Assembly (NCBI GenBank): GCA_951406725.2
Contig: OX597821.1
Location: 103,974,001-104,038,000 of the forward strand
DNA: 64,000 nt
Reading direction: 5' to 3'
DNA from: Octopus vulgaris
Taxonomy: Eukaryota
In this document: piece by piece, positions 56,150-64,000 of the stretch
Layout of the letters: each line of letters opens with the position of its first letter
Numbering within the stretch: the stretch's first letter is position 1
Position numbers and translations under genes: made by a program
The notes under the pieces: generated by a model
What the model was told of the DNA's origin: nothing
Database searches by the model: none
Seen by the model: only the letters and a program-made list of their open reading frames with translations

Positions 56150-56770
56150 GATGAGATATTTAGCGCTAAAATTGGGGAGTCTGCTACAGAGACATTGAGC
56201 AGGTTTTGGTAACTTTACAGCAACGTAGCAATGGGTCGTATGCAATGTTTTGAGTGACATGGCCGCCTCAAAAGCTGAAGAACGTCTCTGAAGGACGATA
56301 AGCGATCTGGAAGACCGTTCACGAGAGTCACAACCGGAAATAAAGGAAATTTAGTAACTTTGTGCATAAGGATCATCTGAGGACAATAAATGACATTGCT
56401 TAAGATGTTAGTCTGTCGTATGGATCTGTGCAGGCAATACTAACATCTGGATCGTTCACTACGACGATGTATCCGGTCACCGGGCTCTGTTCACCCGTGA
56501 GTTTCTCGCTAAAATCAACATAATATCGCTCCCACACCCACCCACCCTATTCGTGAGATTTAGCACCTCTGGACTTCCATCACTTCCCCAAGAAGAAAAT
56601 GTAGATCAATGGTCAGCGATGTAGTACCATGGTCGTGATCCAGAGCGTATTGCAGAAGATCCTTCATTTGCTTACGGAAAACGTCTTCCAGGTAGGTTTC
56701 TGAAAATGGCAAGAATGCTGGGACTGGTGTATTTCTGTGCAAGGTGACTATTTCGAAGGAGATGATGTTA
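56150..56770 (+). mobile_element. Internally deleted mariner-family transposase remnant
   Basis: SATETL..AMGRMQCFE*H..RTSLKDDKRSGRP, EFLAK.NI.SLPHP..PYS*DLAPLDF, KWQECWDWCISVQGDYFEGD. Confidence 0.82.
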
Positions 56771-57004
56771 AAACTTAAGTTAAAAAAATGGAGACCACCT
56801 CTCCCTGTGGGATGATGATAAAATAATAGACAGAGAACGCCACTGAAACATACCAAAACTAAAAGAAGCAGGACATACCCTAGGGCACAACAACCTCCTA
56901 AACAGACCGAGTGCAGATATGAAGAACATATGGAAACGGGAAAGATAGGAAAGTATTAGATTTATAAGCCCTAAAATTCACTGCATAATTGTCAACGGGC
57001 ATAG

Positions 57005-57345
57005 GGCATAGTCGTTATGAGCGCGGCTACTAACCCCAAGATTTCAATTTCGATTCCAAGCAGGGACCTCAACAATAATAGTAATTATAACATTGAAAAT
57101 CACTTTAGGAATGAGAACCTATTTTCGAAAGTTGTCCAAGACACCTGATGAAGGCTGGAGGGTAAATGAGCCAAAGAAGATGAGGAAAAATATCCATCAA
57201 ATGTATATTACTTTTCATTAAACACAACCGTCTCGTATGTATATACGAGTATGTATTTTCCAAAGTGTCGTCCCTGTCTTGAAACGGTGTGACTTGAGTG
57301 AGAATTTCTTGGGTATTTCCAGCATATCGAAGAACCCGTTAGGGG
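57005..57345 (+). mobile_element. Degenerate tRNA-headed element containing a partial hammerhead motif
   Basis: GCATAGTCGTTATGAGCGCGGCTACTAACCCCAAG..TTTCGATTCC head; CTGATGA-A-GGCT..AGCC at 57145-57172 with the GAAA box missing. 3' end uncertain. Confidence 0.4.
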
Positions 57346-57612
57346 TTCCCTTGTTTCAAACTTGTAACGAACATGATGTTTGCTTTTTTTTTTTTTTTTG
57401 ATAATGTCTAATATCAATTTTATGTTTGTTATTTTTTTGTATTAACGACAATGCGGTTGGTAATGCTGTTGCTGGGAATTTGATGTTGATGCTGTTGTTG
57501 ATATAATAGAATGTTGTTAAAATGGGATGTGGTATTCTTAAAGACAATTTTAATGTTGATTGCTGAGATTGTGGGGGAAATGATGAAGTAGCCGCAGGAA
57601 TAATAGTAGCTA

Positions 57613-57822
57613 ATGATGACGTCTTGTGATAACGATGACGACGAAGATGCGAACAACGACGACGACGACGACGACGATGATGGAGATGATGGTGATGATG
57701 ATGGTGATGATGATGGTGATAATGATGATGATGATAATGATGATGATGATGATGATGATGATGACGATGATGAGGATGATGGAGATGATGATGGTGATAA
57801 TGATGATGATGATGATGACGGA

Positions 57823-57874
<52 letters not shown>

Positions 57875-58374
57875 GTGGTGATGATGATGATGATGGTGGT
57901 GTTGTTGTTGGCGTTGTTGTTGGTGGTGGTGACAATAGTGCTGGTGCTGTGGAGTGGTGGTGGTGATGATGATGATGGTGATGATGATGATGATGATGAT
58001 GATGGTGTTGTTGTTGGCGTTGTTGTTGTTGTTGGTGGTGATAATAATGTAGGTGCAGTCGAGTGGTGGTGGTGGTAGTGGTGGTGATTGTGATGATGAT
58101 AACGATGATGGAGATGGAACTGGAGGTGGTGGTAATCATGTTGATGACAATGATGATAGTGATGATGATGGCGATGATGTTAGTCGTTATGGGAGTAGCA
58201 ATGAATATGAAGATGGCACTGATGACGACGTCGACGAAGGAGATGATTATGATGATGATGATGCTACTGCTGATGATGATGATGAAGATGATGATGATGA
58301 AGATGATGACGATAATGATGATGATGATGATGATGATGCTGCTGCTGATGATGATGATGAAGATGATGACGATA

Positions 58375-58406
<32 letters not shown>

Positions 58407-58963
58407 AATGGTAATAAAAAAGGGGAGAAGAGAGCGGGGAGGAAGCGGGAGAGGAAGAGAAAAAAGAAAAAAAAAAGAAAAAGAAGTAATGAAAACAAAG
58501 AAAAGATGGAGTAAAAAGAGTAGGAGATAGCGGTGACTGTTTCCATGACGACGACGTTGGTGATGACAAAACTGACGACGGATATAAACATGATGATGAT
58601 GATGATCAAGATGATGATGGCGATGACTATTATGATAATAGTGATGATGATGATGATGATGATGATGAAGACGCTGATGAAGACGACGTCGACGACGACG
58701 ACGATGACGTTGGTGATGACGATGTTTTATGATGATTTTAATGACGTCAGTACATCCGTTTGCAGCTGTTGTTTGTGGAATTACTGCATTATACTTCTTG
58801 AAGTAGTCGTTATTACTGCTTTTTATTGCTCTCCTCTTCTTCTTCTTCTTCTTCTTCTTCTTCTTCTTCTTCTTCTTCTTCTTCTTCTCCTCCTCCCCCT
58901 CCTCCTCCTCCTCCTCCTCCTCCTTCTTCGTCTTCTTCTTCTTAATATTATTATCATTTTTAA

Positions 58964-59006
<43 letters not shown>

Positions 59007-59250
59007 GCCGTTTTTGTTAACACCATCGTCATCAACTTAGTCGTCATTATCATCGTCATCATCATCGTCGTCGTCGTAGTCAACATCATCATCAGCATCA
59101 TCATGATCGTCGTGGTCATCGTCGTCGCCGTCATCGTCACGATCTCCATCACCATCTTCATCACCGTCATCAACATCCTCGTGGATGTCGTCATCATCAT
59201 CATCATCACGATCATCGTAATCATCATCATCATCATCATCATCGTCGTCG

Positions 59251-59293
<43 letters not shown>

Positions 59294-59309
59294 TGTCGTC
59301 GTCGTCGAG

Positions 59310-59350
<41 letters not shown>

Positions 59351-59373
59351 CATCATTATTATCATTCTATCAC

Positions 59374-59410
<37 letters not shown>

Positions 59411-59536
59411 TATATTATTTTTAATATTATTACTATTATCATTATTGTTATCCTTTTCTTCGTATCATCATCATCATAATCATTATTATTATTAATTATT
59501 ATTATCATTATTATTATTATTATTATTATTATTAAG

Positions 59537-59586
<50 letters not shown>

Positions 59587-59615
59587 GATTATTATTATTA
59601 TTATTATTATTATTA

Positions 59616-59647
<32 letters not shown>

Positions 59648-59678
59648 TATTATTATCATTATCATTATTATTATCATT

Positions 59679-59727
<49 letters not shown>

Positions 59728-59756
59728 CATTATTATTATTATTATTGTTATTATTA

Positions 59757-59816
<60 letters not shown>

Positions 59817-59970
59817 CATTATTATTATTAATATTATTATTATTATCATTATCATTATTAATATTATTATTATTATCATTATTATTATTATTATTATTAT
59901 TATTGTTGTTGTTGTTGTTGTTGTCATTCCTGAAACTGTTCTTGTCGCCGTTGTTGTTGTTGTTGTTGAT
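57613..59970. repeat. ~2.4-kb compound trinucleotide repeat field (GAT/GAC/GGT, CTT/CCT, ATC/GTC, ATT, GTT)
   Basis: Directly visible; source of the poly-D/M/S/H/I/N pseudo-ORFs. Confidence 0.95.
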
Positions 59971-60473
59971 TATTTGCATTGACATTGTTGCATTTCTCGT
60001 GACATTTTTTTGTTCTTTTTGTTTTTCGTTTCTTGTTGCCTAAACTGCATTTGTTTTGCTCACTTTTACAGTTGTTTTACTATTGGCTGTTGTTAGTGTT
60101 GTTGCCTTCATTTCCGTTTCTTCTCCTTTTCATCTTATTTTATTTTTCCTATCTTTATCGATGTTGCAGCTGTTAGTAGTTACTACAATAACCGTAGTTA
60201 TCGCTTTTGATGTTTATATATGCCTTTATTTATTCATTTCTTTGGGGGGTTTTTTTGTTTATTTATTTATTTAATTTTTCCGTTAGTTACTGCAAAGACC
60301 AATGCTTAGTGAGTCCAGCTTGAATTTGTTACTGAATACAATTTTTAAGGTGCAGATATATTAATATGGCAGCGAAATAGAATTAAGGCATTGTCATACT
60401 GCTGCAGTTGTTGTTCTTGCTTTGTATATACCTTTGAAAAAAAATTACACACATACACACACAGACACAGAGG

Positions 60474-60539
<66 letters not shown>

Positions 60540-60540
60540 A

Positions 60541-61206
60541 TGATGCATATTTGCCATTTGAATATGGCTAACCCATAAGGGTGGATGCTACTGTAGTTTG
60601 TAGCCCCAGGAAGATATCTCCTCTCGCTGGCTATAGACACACTATCTGTGTCCTCTCAGTACTTGTGAAGGGGAGTCATCCTCCCCGTCTTCAACACATG
60701 ATACACACGTACCCGAGTTTCAAGGTGTTTACCTTTCATTAGCGTGTGACAATCATGGTTGTCGATGAGAAGTCAGATCCCTTCACAAATACATATACTT
60801 TTTCCAGTGTCAATTTGACACTTATATAGAAAAAGTGAAATCAAACAATGATAAATCTCAGAGCGAGTTATAAACAGTAGCGGTAACACATCGTGATGCA
60901 TATTTGCCATTTGAAGGAATCTGACTTCTCATCGACAACCATGATTGTCACACGCTGATGAAAGGTAAACACCTTGAAACTCGGGTACGCGTGTATCATG
61001 TGTTGAAGACGGGGAGGATGACTCCCCTTCACAAATACAGAGAGGACACAGATAGTGTGTCTATAGCCAGCGGGAGGAGATATCTTCCTGGGGCTACAAA
61101 CTACAGTAGCATCCACCCTTATGGGTTAGCCATATTCAAATGGCAAATATGCATCACGATGTGTTACCGCTACTGTTTATAACTCGCTCTGAGATTTATC
61201 ATTGTT
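60541..61206. mobile_element. Retrozyme-like element in fold-back arrangement: 353-nt terminally redundant monomer (minus) joined to an inverted partial copy (plus)
   Basis: Near-perfect arms 60541-60785 / 60912-61156; 60844-60915 is the inverse of 61135-61206; TGATGCATATTTGCCATTTGAA at 60541 and 60894; (TA)n flanks. Confidence 0.85.
60949..60993 (+). ncRNA. Minimal type I hammerhead ribozyme with complete core
   Basis: CACACG-CTGATGA-AAGGT AAAC ACCTT-GAAA-CTCGGG-TA^CGCGTG; predicted cut after 60987. The mirror copy (60704-60748, minus) has a perfect helix I but CTAATGA. Confidence 0.85.
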
Positions 61207-61236
61207 ATGTATATATATATATATATGTGTATATTA

Positions 61237-61288
<52 letters not shown>

Positions 61289-63066
61289 TTTCCATGCTGA
61301 CGATAAACATAGGATAATTCATTCACCTATTTTTATATATATATATATATGGTTGTGAAGGATGCTTCTCACCACAGAGCACTGCTGCATATGTGTGTGT
61401 GTGTACATATATTACCTTTAAGCAATGCATATTCGCGAATGCAGTATAATTTGGCGTTTGGCCTATGATATATATTTATCAATAATCTGCATCTTGATTA
61501 GCCATGCTGGTATTCTGCGTTTGAAGATTACAAAATGTATAATGTTGTGATTATATTTGTTACTAATCCGGTTTCTGAGTTTACTTCTCTTGTTTCATTC
61601 TTGTTGCTACTGTGGTTTAACTCCTAAATCAGTAGTCAAGAGAAAAGTCTTTCCCAAAATGGTGACCTTATAAAGTGTCATTGACGCAACCGTCTATCTT
61701 TTGAATGAATATAATGTTAGCTACACACCTTGCAGGTTTTATTTGGAACATAAAGGAATCAAATCGAAATTAAAACATGAACTTCGAGGACTGTGATCCT
61801 TGACTGAGGTTAATACAAAACAGTGAGATGCTACCAGAAGGGTCCTTGCAGGGGACATTTCACTGTATATATTAGACCCATAAATGACTTACCTTGACTA
61901 CGTATTCGGGGCTAATATACACTTGATTTTAAGTATAGTACATAGCGAACAGGCGAACAACATTGGTACTAATATACATTGTTTCGAAGCATTGTAGATG
62001 GCGAATTGTAGAGTATCGAAGGAAGTGCCTTACGCTATTTTATCCCGGTTTCTTATAGAATTCAAGTCCTGCAAAAGTAAACATTGCCTTTTACACTTCC
62101 AGTGTCAGAAATTAGTTTTTCTGTACAGTTAAAATTAAAACTCCCGACATGATACCTTGCGTTATTTCTTCTGGGACTTATTATTCTGCACTGGGTTCAA
62201 ATTCTACAGTGGCTTATTTTGGATGACAAAACGTAATATATGATCTCTTTAGCGGGATCTATTCTTATCTAAGTATTCAAACAATATATCCTGCAGGAAA
62301 ATTCCTTCTTCGCTACATCTCTTTCACTTTCACCATATCCGAAACCCTATAAAGGGCCATATTTACTGTCTTTCATACTTTGTTAGCAATGTGATGAAAG
62401 AAAAGAAATTCAAGAATTAAATCAGTTATAACGTGATAGAAATTGTCAGCTGCTGCTAACACATTCTTAGATATTGCATCTAAACTGAATGTTTCGATAT
62501 TTCTCTTTCCTGTGTTTGAATTCTCCCACTTGATTAGTCGTCTAGTTACATTGAAGAGTATCGTTTGGAGGGAAGAACACTTCACGTGTGTTACATCGGT
62601 TTTAAAATAATTTTTTTATGTCACTAGTGTTGATTCACGAGGCGCAGATTTTGCTAAAGACGGTCGTTTTGCCCTCATGAAATTCGGGGTTCGTTGCCAC
62701 TACCTACTATCTTGGACAAATGTAATCTTGCATAGCCTAGGGGCCACCCATATCATGCGAGTGCAAGTGAACCTGGGCAGAAATGAATTAAAGACGGCTG
62801 TGGGTTTGTACATGTATTTGAATAGAGACAGCTTTCTCTCTCACTGTCATCCTGGTTCTTCAGAATTACGTTAAGGGCACGCATATCTGCGGGATTCTCA
62901 ACCGCTTGATTTTTTATTCATAAGCAGTTAATTCCTTTGCTCGAATAACTGAAACCTCTTTGTTGACTGAGGAAGACTCACATCCAAATGTTGAGTCCTC
63001 AAAACTGCATTTGTTGTTGTCATTGTAGTTGTTGTATTTGTTAGTGAAATTCTTCTAGATTTAGGG

Positions 63067-63347
63067 CAGGGATTCCCAACCTTATTTTGCTTGTGGTCCT
63101 CCTGAGAGCTATCTTATCATCTGTGGACTCCATATATGCACATGTAAATTTTTGAAATAAAATATGTGTTTGTAGGTTTGTAAAAAACTAACAACGAAAC
63201 AATTTCATTTTATTCATAACATAAATTCCAAATACAAATCTTGAAAATTTCAAGTAATAGGATTTATAAATGGACTCACAAATTAGAATTTTTTTACTCG
63301 TGGAACCCCCTTAAAGCTCCTGTGGACCCCTGGACTGGGAACTCCTG
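63067..63347. mobile_element. hAT (Charlie-like) MITE
   Basis: TIRs CAGGGATTCCCA / TGGGAACTCCTG (10/12); 8-bp flanks ATTTAGGG / TTTTAGGC (6/8); subterminal GGACCCC motifs. Confidence 0.6.
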
Positions 63348-64000
63348 TTTTAGGCCCTGCTCATTACAATGTTATGTTAGTTCTGGTTGTACAATAAGTA
63401 CAATCTGTTGATCGTTGGACGAAATTATTTGCGATATTTCGTAAAAGTCCTTCAAACAATTGAGGCGAAATCCCGAGCAACTTTGCATGTCATCTTGCAA
63501 GAATCAATAAAACAATATTCAAGTCAAATATTGGTTCGATTTAATGAACTATAAACTTCTATCAAATTTCGAGAACTTCTGTCGATATTGGAAATCAATA
63601 TTATTGATCTCGTTCAGGGTGGTCATAAAACGGATAGAATTATAAGATCAAGAAAGCGCCAGACAAAATCTCTTGTTTTGTGTGTGAACTTTAAGTTGGC
63701 GCAAATTTGCCTCTCATCATTACAGGGTCCGTAAAGTAAGTACCAGCCATATACTGGGGGTCAAGTAATCAAATATACAGCGTTCCCAACATCGATGACA
63801 TTGCGGTAGCCTTAAAAATCACTTTTATGGATTTCGTTAATCCTAACTACAATATTTTAATACAAATTTGTGCCCCCAAAGGCTTAAGGGTATTATATTG
63901 CAAAGGACTACAAAGAAAGAAAAGGGTCCTAAAATTGTAAGAGATATCGATTGGCAGAATGTTTAAAGGACTGAATATCATAAAGCAGAGGAACGCAAGA

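Noticed and set aside
58053-58514. Asp-rich ORF with basic tail resembling an acidic biomineral or chaperone protein
   Set aside because: Part of a GAT repeat field open in several frames, non-ATG start, basic tail comes from an A/G tract; no independent coding signal.

Overview
AT-rich, microsatellite-dense animal non-coding DNA. The SINE and LINE repertoire resembles an octopod cephalopod genome (inference). I found no supportable host protein-coding gene; almost all short ORFs are translated microsatellites. The window holds a nearly intact CR1-group LINE (786-4514), decayed RTE, R4/Dong and Penelope retroelements, Tc1, mariner and hAT-type DNA transposon remnants, and four tRNA-derived SINE families. 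The most striking signal is a set of about 8 families of short non-coding elements, mostly inserted in (TA)n tracts and often as fold-backs, that carry minimal type I hammerhead ribozyme motifs. Two diverged members of one family (15306-15711 and 60541-61206) define a ~355-nt terminally redundant monomer with covarying helices, as expected for a retrozyme-like circular RNA. The LINE also shares a covarying 3' stem-loop with the SINE next to it and has an in-phase candidate -1 frameshift site. All structures and alignments were read by eye and need computational and experimental confirmation.
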